A stretch of DNA of 64,000 nucleotides, from assembly GCA_964383765.1 (NCBI GenBank), contig CAYLHT010000001.1, forward strand, positions 100,998 to 164,997. Reading direction: 5' to 3'. Positions 55,359-64,000 of the stretch are shown here, in pieces (the stretch's first letter is position 1; every line of letters begins with the position of its first letter). The position numbers and the translations under genes were made by a program. The notes below the pieces were generated by a model. It ran no database searches. It saw nothing but the letters and a program-made list of their open reading frames with translations, and was not told the origin of the DNA. This DNA comes from an uncultured Gammaproteobacteria bacterium. GTDB taxonomy: Bacteria; Patescibacteriota; Patescibacteriia; SBBC01; CAIJZX01.

Positions 55359-56809
55359 ATCTTTGGCCGATTATCGACGATTCGCTTTTCTTTCAGTTCC
55401 GTCTCCATCCCCAACTTCTCAATCAACTGCTCGGTGGTTTGTTCCTCAACCTTCACGCCAACTTGCATATCTGCATGCATGTGCTTTTCGATTTCGGATT
55501 TCACCTTTGAAAAGTCGGCACCGGCTTTTGGAGAAGCGTGAACCACGATTTCATCCAAATCAAATTTGTCATTATTCCGTTTGCGAACTTCCAATTGCCA
55601 CTCATCTAAGCCCTTGATCGAGGACATGATGGGAAACACGTTGTTGAGATTGACTAATTCGCCCTTGATTTTCGTGAGGTTGAACTCTTTCATGTCGCTG
55701 CGGCGCTGGATGTCCGGCAGAATGCGCGGCACGGTGCGGTGACAGTGCGGACACGGGCCGTACTCAATCCCTTGGGCCAGGTCACCGGTGCGATAACGGA
55801 CAACGACCGTGCCGCGCCAGTCGAGCGCGGTGTAGACGACCTCGCCCGGTCCGTCGTTGACGCGTTGGCCATTGTCATCGACTAGCTCAATGAATTCCAA
55901 ATCAGGGTAGAGATGATAGCCAGTGGATTCGGAACACTGGAGCCAAGCGGTTTTGGCTTCGGTGGAAGCGTAGGTCGCGAAGATTTGAACCTCGCGACAA
56001 CCAACTTGAGCCAGCATTTCTTTGACTTTATCGCGGAAGGCCGGTGAAACGCGTTCAGCGCCGAAGACGACGTACTTCAGATTTGAGAAATCGCGAACTT
56101 GTTTCACCGCTTCGCGCAACAAGTGATAGAAGTAACCGGGAATGACGGCGACCAAGGTGACCTTCAGCCGCTCTAATGAATCCATGATTTTCTGTGAACC
56201 CATGACCTTGCCGCCGCCGGTGGCTAAGCTCGTCATGCCGGATTCAACCATGGCGTAGTAGGCGAGCCAGAAGCCGAGGTGCGGTGAGTATGGGAAAGCA
56301 TTGAGTGCGACGTTGTCGCTATTGAAACCACCAACATCAAACAGACGTCGTCCGGTTTCTTTTAAGAGCATCAAATCGTAGCGGGAGTAGGTGAACGGCG
56401 TCGGCAGAGCAGTCCGACCAGTCGTGAAATGGATGTGGGCCGGTTTGTACTCTTTTTCCAGGGTTGGTTTTGGATCTTGCTTACGGATTTTCATACCCAC
56501 CAGATGCAACAATTCTTGTTTGGTGGCATGTTTTTTCAACAGATGTTCGTCCGGTTGCAAGATGAACTGCCGTGGTTTGGCCGGGTCTTCAGACGTCGGC
56601 GCGATATCAGCTTTTGAAATCAGCGGGAGCTTTTGAAGATCATCGGTCGTTTTGAAATCGCTCCAATGCAGGCGTAAACTCTCCAGCTTTTGTCGAAAGA
56701 ACGGCGAGTAGGGAAGCTTATGTCGAAAAAACCAACGCAGTTTCTGGTTTTGTAAATCAGCCAGTTCACTTCTTGAAAAATGTGAAACTTTTTTCCAATC
56801 GAGATACAT
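55355..56809 (-). CDS. Phenylacetate-CoA ligase family adenylate-forming enzyme (PaaK/F390 synthetase-like)
   Basis: 484 aa with MYLDWKKVSHFSRSELADLQNQKLRWF and the PaaK-like order of N-terminal, central adenylation and C-terminal domains. Confidence 0.75.
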   Translation of the reverse strand: MYLDWKKVSHFSRSELADLQNQKLRWFFRHKLPYSPFFRQKLESLRLHWSDFKTTDDLQKLPLISKADIAPTSEDPAKPRQFILQPDEHLLKKHATKQELLHLVGMKIRKQDPKPTLEKEYKPAHIHFTTGRTALPTPFTYSRYDLMLLKETGRRLFDVGGFNSDNVALNAFPYSPHLGFWLAYYAMVESGMTSLATGGGKVMGSQKIMDSLERLKVTLVAVIPGYFYHLLREAVKQVRDFSNLKYVVFGAERVSPAFRDKVKEMLAQVGCREVQIFATYASTEAKTAWLQCSESTGYHLYPDLEFIELVDDNGQRVNDGPGEVVYTALDWRGTVVVRYRTGDLAQGIEYGPCPHCHRTVPRILPDIQRRSDMKEFNLTKIKGELVNLNNVFPIMSSIKGLDEWQLEVRKRNNDKFDLDEIVVHASPKAGADFSKVKSEIEKHMHADMQVGVKVEEQTTEQLIEKLGMETELKEKRIVDNRPKI

Positions 56810-56853
56810 AGTCTCAGTATAGCGCCTGTACGAAAAAAATCTATGATGCTTAT

Positions 56854-58266
56854 TTATTCTTGAGGTGGTTTAGAAACGGACGGAGACAAGATTGCTTGCA
56901 CTTGTTCGGCACCGTATCGATGTTCTAATAAAGAACGAAGGTGATGGTATTGTGTCGGTCGTAGGATATGAAGTGCACCGTCAACGACATCTGAGGCTTC
57001 GCCTCCAATTTTTTCGGCTACCCGCAGCCCCACGGCGATCTGTTCAATCATGGCGGTGAATTTTTCTTGGACTTCCTTTTGGACTGTGAACAATTTTTTT
57101 TGGGCCGCAGGGAACTTCACCTCTTGCGCTAAGTCGTCTAGTTCTATAAAAACTTCCCCAACGTTGTTGCCAGCTGTGGCAAACAGCTTGGCATATTCTT
57201 TAAACAAGGTCAGTTTCCAGCTACTCATTTTTGCCCTACCCCCACCCGCCATATAGTGAACGTATGACTTTGCGTAAATACCATCAAGTCGTTGAAGAAG
57301 CTGATGATGATCAACCGAACCAAGAAATGCCAGTACCTCCCCTTGGAGCGCATTGACCATAGAATCAGCATTCAGACGTTCAACCCTTTCAAAAAAACGT
57401 TCTTTCTGTTCGGCAAAAGCTTCATTTGTTGAATACTGTTCAATCAGCCTGTACTGAGACCTGAGTCCAGCCAGGGGTAGCTGAGGAGAATAATCAATCA
57501 CGCCAGGAGCCCCTTCGAGCAGGCTATGAACTTGTTCGTGGCGAAGAGTAATATCCTGCTCTTTCTGGTTCCGCTGTTTGATCAGGATAACACCGCCGGG
57601 CGTGTACCGTCCGTAGGAATCTTTTTCATCAGTTGTTTGTTCATACCCAGCAGCTGTCATAGTCACCGTTAGGTCGAATGGATGGCGTTCGATTGAAAGA
57701 ACTCCTTGGGGATCCGATAATCCACTCTCTTCATCGATGACCCGCCGAACGTAGGCGAGGCGGTCTTCTGTGGTGATTAGTTGTGATAGTCGTTCGTGAC
57801 GTTGGGTTAAATTATCAGCTATTTTATGCAAATTTTGCGCAAAAAATGCGGGTTCATCTTTTGCCAGCTGCCAGTATTCTCCCAAGAGAAGAGATAACTG
57901 TTCATCCGTGGCTTCCCATTTTTTTAAGTCTTCACTCGTCGGAGAATAGTCCTCTGTGTCCTCTTCTGGTGTGTGCCATAATTCCCGAAGTTTCTGCGCC
58001 TCAGAATCCAGGTCACGCATCTGTTGAAGTTTTTTCTGTGACGATTCGGAGAGTTCGTCAGTTACTCGATGAGTGAAAGTTTCAAAACTGCTTTTGATTT
58101 GTTCAGTTGTGACGTCATTTGGAAAAGCTTCAATAAGCTTTCGAGCTTCGAGTAGGGTGTCCACACGACCGTTCAATCCCTCGATGAGGGTTTCCTTTCG
58201 ACTCTCCCAATCCTGACCTAATTCCTGAAAGTGCTGGCTCCAGTTGGCTTCTGAACGAATACTCAT
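56854..58266 (-). CDS. Hypothetical protein with HExxH motif
   Basis: 470 aa with an acidic coiled N-terminal half and LRHEQVHSLLEG in the C-terminal half. Confidence 0.45.
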   Translation of the reverse strand: MSIRSEANWSQHFQELGQDWESRKETLIEGLNGRVDTLLEARKLIEAFPNDVTTEQIKSSFETFTHRVTDELSESSQKKLQQMRDLDSEAQKLRELWHTPEEDTEDYSPTSEDLKKWEATDEQLSLLLGEYWQLAKDEPAFFAQNLHKIADNLTQRHERLSQLITTEDRLAYVRRVIDEESGLSDPQGVLSIERHPFDLTVTMTAAGYEQTTDEKDSYGRYTPGGVILIKQRNQKEQDITLRHEQVHSLLEGAPGVIDYSPQLPLAGLRSQYRLIEQYSTNEAFAEQKERFFERVERLNADSMVNALQGEVLAFLGSVDHHQLLQRLDGIYAKSYVHYMAGGGRAKMSSWKLTLFKEYAKLFATAGNNVGEVFIELDDLAQEVKFPAAQKKLFTVQKEVQEKFTAMIEQIAVGLRVAEKIGGEASDVVDGALHILRPTQYHHLRSLLEHRYGAEQVQAILSPSVSKPPQE

Positions 58267-58273
58267 ACAATCC

Positions 58274-58891
58274 TTATTGTGTAGCTATTTGCTTACCACA
58301 CAGCGGCGCGATCGCGGCCATGAGACGCTGTGTTTCTTGGTGCAACCACTCATTCGTGATTTCCCCGCTCGGTTTGGTGAACATCAGTGGGGCCCCGATC
58401 TTCAAGCGGACGGAATAGTCCTTCGACAAAACTTTTTGAATTGCGTACCACATACTCTTCGTAGGTTCACAGTCCAAGCCGAGCGGTATGACCGGTACTC
58501 CGGCCATGATCGCCATCCTGACCGTTCCAGTTTTGCCGGGCAGAAGTGTTTGCGTGTGGTTGCGTTGGCCTTCAACAAAGTTGCAAATGATGCCGCCGTG
58601 CTTCAAGTGCTCAACCGCGGGGGCAATCGCTTCGCCGGGTTTGTCCGGCAGTGGAATCGTCACGCCGCTCCACCAGTAGTTGCTCGAAGAGGTGATGAAG
58701 TTGATTGGACGTTTGAGACCTTCGGCTACTCCGGAGCTTATGTAAAATCCATCCAGCCAGTCGACATGGTTGGCCGCTAGAATGAAACCGCCAGTCTGCG
58801 GCAGGTGTTCAAGACCATTCACGTCACGGAGCCTGGCTCGGAATTTCGAAAACACCCAAGCTGAACACCAGCGGTAGATGGCTGACGGCAT
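58274..58891 (-). CDS. plsC: 1-acyl-sn-glycerol-3-phosphate acyltransferase
   Basis: 205 aa with the HX4D motif AANHVDWLDG and an FVEGQRN block. Confidence 0.8.
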   Translation of the reverse strand: MPSAIYRWCSAWVFSKFRARLRDVNGLEHLPQTGGFILAANHVDWLDGFYISSGVAEGLKRPINFITSSSNYWWSGVTIPLPDKPGEAIAPAVEHLKHGGIICNFVEGQRNHTQTLLPGKTGTVRMAIMAGVPVIPLGLDCEPTKSMWYAIQKVLSKDYSVRLKIGAPLMFTKPSGEITNEWLHQETQRLMAAIAPLCGKQIATQ

Positions 58892-58893
58892 AG

Positions 58894-60204
58894 TTAATAC
58901 GGATACTGGTAATCAGCCAAATCGGCCACCGGTCGCATGATCTGCCTCATCATCTCGTCCAAATCAGCTTTCGAAGCCTGCTCAAGTGAGGGTGGAATCT
59001 GGTGGAATTGAATTGGTGGTCCGAAGCGGACGCGGAAGAAATTCCAGGGCAGAATTCCCTTGATGACCGATTCGAGAACCCCTAAACCTTTCGGGGCGCG
59101 GATCGCGGCCGGGACGACGGTCGCCTTGGTCATGATTGCGAGTCGAGCCGCTCCAGTTTTTGCCCGCAGCATCTGGGTCTGCCAGTTTGGATTCAGGCTT
59201 GGTTTATTGCGTGTGCCCTCCGGAAAAATCCCAATCACCCCGCCCCGTTGAAGATGTTGAGCCGCGGTTGTCAAAACATTTGCGCGGTTGGTTTCATCGA
59301 GCGGTAGGTAGCCGAGTCCGTTGACCATCGCCTGACCAAACCAGCGCCGGAAGGCGGCCGCGACGGTGGCCTTCGTCAAGAACATAGGCTGAAGGCCAGT
59401 CGCATGGAAGACGGCCATGGCTAAGGTCGGGGCATCGAAATAGCTGTTATGATTGGCCGCCACAATGAACGGGCCGGCTTGCGGTAAGTTTTCAATTCCG
59501 CTCATCCGCACCCGCCACTGCACCAGCGGTCGAAACAAGCGCCAGAGAAAAAACCAGACAAAACCGCGTCGGCCCAACACCGGACCTTCGCCGGGCATCG
59601 GTTTTCCGGAAAGTTCACTAATCTGTCGCAAGATGTCATCAGTGGTTGTGCGCAACAAATCTGATTCTCCCGGCTCAATCTCTGTTTTCGGGAAACGCAG
59701 TGGCTGACCAATTTCGATATGGCACGGCGCGAGGAGCGTAAAAAACCACATCGCTGACTGCCAGGCAATCGTCCCGCGCGTGCCGCGGATGCCGACCGGA
59801 ATGACGGGTAATCCGGTGCGCAGGGCCAGTCGCGCTACCCCGGTTTTCCCGACTCGCAACTCGGGATTGTGGTTGCTGTTGCCTTCTGGAAAAATCACGA
59901 TCGGGTATCCCGCCGAGAGCGCCATCACGGCTTGGTCGACCACCCCGCTACGATTATTGGGATCAATCGTCAGTCCGCCGAGCCAGCCATACCGATGCGA
60001 TTGGGCGATGAACTTGAGTGGTTTCGGTAAGCGTCGGTACACCGCGGCAGCCACGATCGCCGAGTCAATCCAACTCTGGTGGTTTGGCGCAAGAATAAAA
60101 CCGCCACTGGCCGGGATATTCTCGAGACCGCGCACAGTCCAAATTCGCGAGCGGATGAACGGTAGCAGCCACCAGCGCAACGAGGGATACGGGGAGGGCG
60201 TCAC
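58894..60204 (-). CDS. Tandem double-domain lysophospholipid acyltransferase (two PlsC domains)
   Basis: 436 aa with two HX4D motifs (APNHQSWIDS, AANHNSYFDA) and two FPEG blocks. Confidence 0.8.
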   Translation of the reverse strand: MTPSPYPSLRWWLLPFIRSRIWTVRGLENIPASGGFILAPNHQSWIDSAIVAAAVYRRLPKPLKFIAQSHRYGWLGGLTIDPNNRSGVVDQAVMALSAGYPIVIFPEGNSNHNPELRVGKTGVARLALRTGLPVIPVGIRGTRGTIAWQSAMWFFTLLAPCHIEIGQPLRFPKTEIEPGESDLLRTTTDDILRQISELSGKPMPGEGPVLGRRGFVWFFLWRLFRPLVQWRVRMSGIENLPQAGPFIVAANHNSYFDAPTLAMAVFHATGLQPMFLTKATVAAAFRRWFGQAMVNGLGYLPLDETNRANVLTTAAQHLQRGGVIGIFPEGTRNKPSLNPNWQTQMLRAKTGAARLAIMTKATVVPAAIRAPKGLGVLESVIKGILPWNFFRVRFGPPIQFHQIPPSLEQASKADLDEMMRQIMRPVADLADYQYPY

Positions 60205-60292
60205 TTGCGCAGTATAACGTACAACTCGACCCTAGCGCCACACAGCGCGGATATGATCCGCGCTGTGGGTTGATTGGTTGAAGTGTCGTCTG

Positions 60293-61087
60293 TTAGGATG
60301 CCTGACTGAGCGCCTGGTCGATGAAGGTTTTGACCTGGCTATACGGATAGGCGCCGGGGATCGAAGTAATGTAGTTCCCTTTATTGTCAATCACGATCGT
60401 GGTCGGCGTACCACTGACCCCAGCGGCCGTGCCGTCAGCAATCTCCGCCTGGACCGCCGCTTGCATGTCGTTGCCATCCAAACAGTTCTTAAACTTTGTT
60501 TCGTTAACGCCGACCTCTTTGGCTAAGCCGGGGAGCGCATCCAAGGCAAACCCTAAACCATTTGATGTCGTCCGTTCAAAAATCTTGTCACTGAATTCCC
60601 AGAACTTATCATTCCCACCCAGTTTCCCGACACACAGACCAGCTTCGGCTTCCTTTTCGGCGTTCTGGTGAAACGAGAGTGGGAATTGCCGGTAGACCCA
60701 GCGCACCTTGTCCCCGTAATCTTTCAAGACATTATCTTTCATGGTTGGATGAAACTGTTTGCAGTAGGGGCACTCGTAGTCAGAGAACTCAACCAGGACA
60801 ACTTTGGCATTCTTGTTACCGCGGCTATAGTCGGCGTCGGTCACGGCTTTCGGAGCAGTGTAGGTTGGAGCGGCGGCAGTGTTTGTAGTCGTTGGGGTTG
60901 TAGTCGTCGTAGTAGCGGTTTTATTTTTACCGGCACCGTACGCTCGGGGCAGAATGATCGCCAGACCAATGATGGCGGTGGCGGCCACGCCGGCGATCAG
61001 ACCGAAAATGAAAGTCAACTTTGGCGAAGCGCCTTGGAACATGCCGGAGGGCATCATTGGGGATGGGGGCGGAGTGGGATTGTCCAT
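60293..61087 (-). CDS. DsbA-like thiol-disulfide oxidoreductase (membrane-anchored, Thr-rich linker)
   Basis: An N-terminal TM helix, a TTTTTPTTTNT linker and CPYC in the context FSDYECPYCKQFHP. Confidence 0.8.
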   Translation of the reverse strand: MDNPTPPPSPMMPSGMFQGASPKLTFIFGLIAGVAATAIIGLAIILPRAYGAGKNKTATTTTTTPTTTNTAAAPTYTAPKAVTDADYSRGNKNAKVVLVEFSDYECPYCKQFHPTMKDNVLKDYGDKVRWVYRQFPLSFHQNAEKEAEAGLCVGKLGGNDKFWEFSDKIFERTTSNGLGFALDALPGLAKEVGVNETKFKNCLDGNDMQAAVQAEIADGTAAGVSGTPTTIVIDNKGNYITSIPGAYPYSQVKTFIDQALSQAS

Positions 61088-61242
61088 GTGGTGGGGATAA
61101 TGTCAGTTAGCTACTACAGCGTGTAGTATACAGTAGCGTAGATGTGGGTCAAGCGCTGCTCCCTCGTGACTGCAGGAGGGGCGAAGGGGTGGCTGCTCTA
61201 GCCCTCTTACACCTCCCCTCCTTCGAGGGGAGGGCAGCATTG

Positions 61243-61485
61243 TTATTCTGGGTAAATGCGTTTTCCATCCTGGCCATACAGGTAAATTGCTAAGACCGGG
61301 CAGGATTTCGCAGCATTCAAGAGTTGTTCGTCGGTCAGTTCACTCCACTTTGGCTTAAGGGAGGCTTTGTTTTCCCCATCCAGCTCGAAAGCGTCCGGCG
61401 CCAACGTCACGCAGGTAGCCGCGCCGATACAGAGCTCGCGGTCAATCTCAATCCGGGCAATCTGCCCGGCGGGCGTGTCAGCCAT
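61243..61485 (-). CDS. Ferredoxin (single 4Fe-4S cluster type)
   Basis: 80 aa with CIGAATC...C...CP, a CxxAxxC...CP ligand pattern. Confidence 0.75.
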   Translation of the reverse strand: MADTPAGQIARIEIDRELCIGAATCVTLAPDAFELDGENKASLKPKWSELTDEQLLNAAKSCPVLAIYLYGQDGKRIYPE

Positions 61486-61739
61486 TACTCGTCTTCGAGT
61501 ACGTCAGTTTCGTGCCCGGTCGTCAGCATGGCTTCCGCCTCCGGCCAGCGCGTGCGCAACTGTTCCTTGATTTCCTCGGTGTCCTCATCGACGTCGAGTT
61601 CACCCCGCTCGATCTTGTGTTCGATAATTTCATCGATTAAATCAGCGTAGGCTTCCCGCGAAAAAGCACCGTCGTCTTCCATCCGGGTGACGGCTTCGCG
61701 CATAACTTCGTTGGGGTTGAAAGTCAGGTTTTGTTCCAT
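61485..61739 (-). CDS. Small acidic hypothetical protein, translationally coupled to ferredoxin
   Basis: A TAATG overlap with the ferredoxin start. The start codon is uncertain, the RBS is weak, and the longer ORF to 62027 looks spurious. Confidence 0.3.
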   Translation of the reverse strand: MEQNLTFNPNEVMREAVTRMEDDGAFSREAYADLIDEIIEHKIERGELDVDEDTEEIKEQLRTRWPEAEAMLTTGHETDVLEDE

Positions 61740-61881
61740 GCCGGGAAGTATACCGATGTTTTGAAAAAAGCCAAGTCTGGCCGGTTGACAGTGGTCTCTT
61801 AGAATGTTAAGACGTTCGAATCGAACCTTGCAAACTGAATATCCAACCGTGGTTAGTGTACTGACCTGAAGGAGGAACGTT

Positions 61882-62451
61882 ATGCCGCATGTCCTGTTGT
61901 TGATCATGGGTCTGATGTGGGGTGACGGCACGTCGGCCGAATTGGGCCATGTCAACTGCCACTTCCCGATCTCTGGATATGCAAATCTGGAGGTTAACGA
62001 TTTCGCCACGATGCAGATCAAGTTCACGTACGTCGGCCCGCAGGACTACATGACACCTAGTCGATTCGTGCTGTGCGACAGCAACGCGTACTTGTCCATC
62101 TTACATTCCTGCCGCGGTCCGGCCAACTACATCAACGATGCGATCACGGATCAGTCCGGCCATCTCATCCGATTGGTGATCGCCTCCCCGGAATCGCTCG
62201 GACAGGCAGTCCGAACGATCATTCGAGACTTACCGAACGGTAGTCTCGATTACGGCTCGGACCCCATGCAGGTGGTCTCGATGACGATCGCCCACCGCCA
62301 TGGGAAAGACGTGAGAGTCACCGAATTGTTCCTGCGTCGGAAGACGATGCAGCACGTCTACCTGATCTTGGCGCGATACCTGAGCGCCGGCGACCGTGAC
62401 GAATTGTGTGATTTTCTTCGTCACATCCACGCCCGGTGTCCAAATCGGTGA
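61882..62451 (+). CDS. Hypothetical protein
   Basis: 189 aa with a strong RBS AAGGAGG; no recognisable domain. Confidence 0.5.
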   Translation: MPHVLLLIMGLMWGDGTSAELGHVNCHFPISGYANLEVNDFATMQIKFTYVGPQDYMTPSRFVLCDSNAYLSILHSCRGPANYINDAITDQSGHLIRLVIASPESLGQAVRTIIRDLPNGSLDYGSDPMQVVSMTIAHRHGKDVRVTELFLRRKTMQHVYLILARYLSAGDRDELCDFLRHIHARCPNR

Positions 62452-62479
62452 CGGTGTGCGTCAGAATGCGGAGGCAAGG

Positions 62480-62827
62480 ATGCGCCAGATAATAGCAGTA
62501 GTCTTGATCCTCGTGAGCTCCATTCTTCCGGCTACGCTCGGAGCGCCAGAGACCGTCGCGTGGCGGATTGAGGCCACCGAAAACACCGCCCGACTCACGT
62601 TGATGGTCGGCGATGACAGTTCGGGTGTGATCATCCTGCAGTCCGGTCCGACCCACGCCTACAGTGGGGTCTTCACTGGGTTAGCGTTGACACCCAGCCA
62701 GCTGACCGCCTGCTCCCGGGCAACCCAAAAAGGGTTGTCGGGTCCACAACTTTTCGGTGCTATCGCTGAAAGCCTGGCCCTAGCCCGCCCACTGCCGGCT
62801 GACGGCACTCGAGAATATAGGTTCTGA
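62480..62827 (+). CDS. Hypothetical secreted protein
   Basis: A signal-peptide-like N-terminus MRQIIAVVLILVSSILPATLGAPE with a GGAGG-like RBS. Confidence 0.4.
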   Translation: MRQIIAVVLILVSSILPATLGAPETVAWRIEATENTARLTLMVGDDSSGVIILQSGPTHAYSGVFTGLALTPSQLTACSRATQKGLSGPQLFGAIAESLALARPLPADGTREYRF

Positions 62828-62878
62828 CACGAACTCTCCCGCGGAGTGATCTAGCGAGAAAGCATTAAGGAGGACACA

Positions 62879-63097
62879 ATGAATCAAAAAAAGCGCAAAC
62901 GCCGGACCGCCATCCAATTCTCCATTCCTAATCATGTGAGCCTCAATCGGTGGGCGGTGCAACTGCAACGCGAAGGTTTCCGATCCTATAACATCAAGAC
63001 AGGTAATGATGCCATTCGTCGGGCGAAGCGGCTGCCGCGCCCGACCCTGATCTGTTACCGGTTTATTAGTACGGAAGTCAACCTTGCAACAGCATGA
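62879..63097 (+). CDS. Small basic hypothetical protein
   Basis: 72 aa with a strong RBS TAAGGAGG and N-terminus MNQKKRKRRT. Confidence 0.45.
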   Translation: MNQKKRKRRTAIQFSIPNHVSLNRWAVQLQREGFRSYNIKTGNDAIRRAKRLPRPTLICYRFISTEVNLATA

Positions 63098-63227
63098 CAG
63101 ACATCAAGTAGTCCAAGGCTGTTCCCGACATCACCAACATTCTTGTCGTCCTAAAGGAGTGGGGGGGGCAGGATAAGGAATATCAACCAACTCGCGCCCG
63201 GATGAATTCTAGGCGAGTGGAGGCACC

Positions 63228-63377
63228 ATGGGATCGTACGCCTTTTTTCCTCTCGTGCTCCTCTGTATGTTCGCAATCTTCATCGTGATTGAACGGGAAG
63301 AACGTAAGAAGCGCCAACCCCAGGATCCGAATCCTGATGGCGGAGAGCAATCACCGGACGATCAACCTGCAGCCTGA
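63228..63377 (+). CDS. Small membrane protein (49 aa)
   Basis: RBS GGAGG; MGSYAFFPLVLLCMFAIFIVIEREERKKRQ...; under 60 aa so absent from the ORF track. Confidence 0.3.
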   Translation: MGSYAFFPLVLLCMFAIFIVIEREERKKRQPQDPNPDGGEQSPDDQPAA

Positions 63378-63512
63378 ACGTTGAGACAACGACAAGTCAC
63401 CCGCCAGCCCAGCGCCGGCGGGATTTTTATTTAGATCAGAGGTGGCCGAGCGGTTTGGTTTACCACCCCTAACCCCTCCTCATATGAGGAGGGGAACTCA
63501 TTGGCTCGACCA

Positions 63513-63995
63513 CTAGTAAATTTCCTCCCGCTTCTCTTTCAAAAACCCGAAAAATCCTTCTGTTGCTTCCAAAAAAGCTTTGAATGGCGCTTCGATGATG
63601 ACGTCGAGGAAGAAAATCAGGACGTTGATTTTCGGCGCACGTAAGCTAATCCAGCGGCCGACTTGGACGATCGGAACGGTGATGAAGTCGAACAAAACCG
63701 TGAAGACATTTTCGCGGTGATCAACGACCAAGAGCTCCCGCGCCAAATTGCGAATGCGAATTCCGAAGAAACTCACCAGGGTTAAGAACAGTAAGAAAAT
63801 CAACTGGTCGAAAACGGTAAAGTGGAGCCGTGTCAGAATGGAAATCAAACCCCCAAAGACGACAATGAAGAGGAGGGCATAGATCACGCGGTACACGTAG
63901 GTGAAGACCGCGTTGCGGCGGATGGGCTTCCGAGGCTTGACCAGGGCGTGCCGTTCATCACCGCGGTAGATTAAATCCTTGATTTTTTCAATCAC
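63513..63995 (-). CDS. Hypothetical membrane protein
   Basis: 160 aa with 3-4 TM helices. A 10-bp-stem hairpin CCCCTCCTCA-TAT-GAGGAGGGG lies just downstream. Confidence 0.45.
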   Translation of the reverse strand: MIEKIKDLIYRGDERHALVKPRKPIRRNAVFTYVYRVIYALLFIVVFGGLISILTRLHFTVFDQLIFLLFLTLVSFFGIRIRNLARELLVVDHRENVFTVLFDFITVPIVQVGRWISLRAPKINVLIFFLDVIIEAPFKAFLEATEGFFGFLKEKREEIY

Positions 63996-64000
63996 TCCAG

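Overview
This is a 64-kb chromosomal window from a bacterium of roughly 50-55% GC, dominated by housekeeping genes. These include RNase Y (partial), clpP, an NrnA-like DHH phosphoesterase, infB-rbfA, nusA, trigger factor, trxA-trxB, gdhA, rnhB, an H+-pyrophosphatase, mscL, pilT, nfo, UDG family 4 and dCMP deaminase. It also carries two paralogous sensor-kinase/receiver pairs, an ECF sigma/anti-sigma pair, two TrmB-type regulators, two 3D-domain cell-wall proteins, tandem PlsC acyltransferases, DsbA and a ferredoxin. Three tRNA clusters hold eight intact tRNAs: Arg-CCT, Ala-GGC, Ala-CGC, Pro-TGG, Arg-TCG, Cys-GCA, Gly-GCC and Leu-TAA. I found no integrase, transposase, CRISPR array or rRNA. The most unusual structure is in the tRNA cluster at 10.3-10.9 kb, where two intact tRNA genes each sit in the loop of a long inverted repeat that splits a degenerate tRNA-like gene of the same amino-acid identity. 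The hairpin arms around tRNA-Ala(CGC) are shared with a stand-alone hairpin at 42.36 kb. Other candidates are a four-gene small-ORF operon with a repeated translation-initiation leader (4.4-5.5 kb, including a Cys4 zinc-ribbon-like protein and a 2-TM protein); an array of GTTCC-N4-GGAAC palindromes between tRNA genes; a CsoR-type operator plus a single-Cys CsoR-family regulator ahead of an atypical CYPC thioredoxin; a low-GC 3-TM protein islet between tRNA-Gly and tRNA-Leu; tandem small paralogues at 52.2-52.8 kb; and an unusual G7/C7 homopolymer cluster inside nusA. Family assignments come from motifs read off the translations; no database search was possible.
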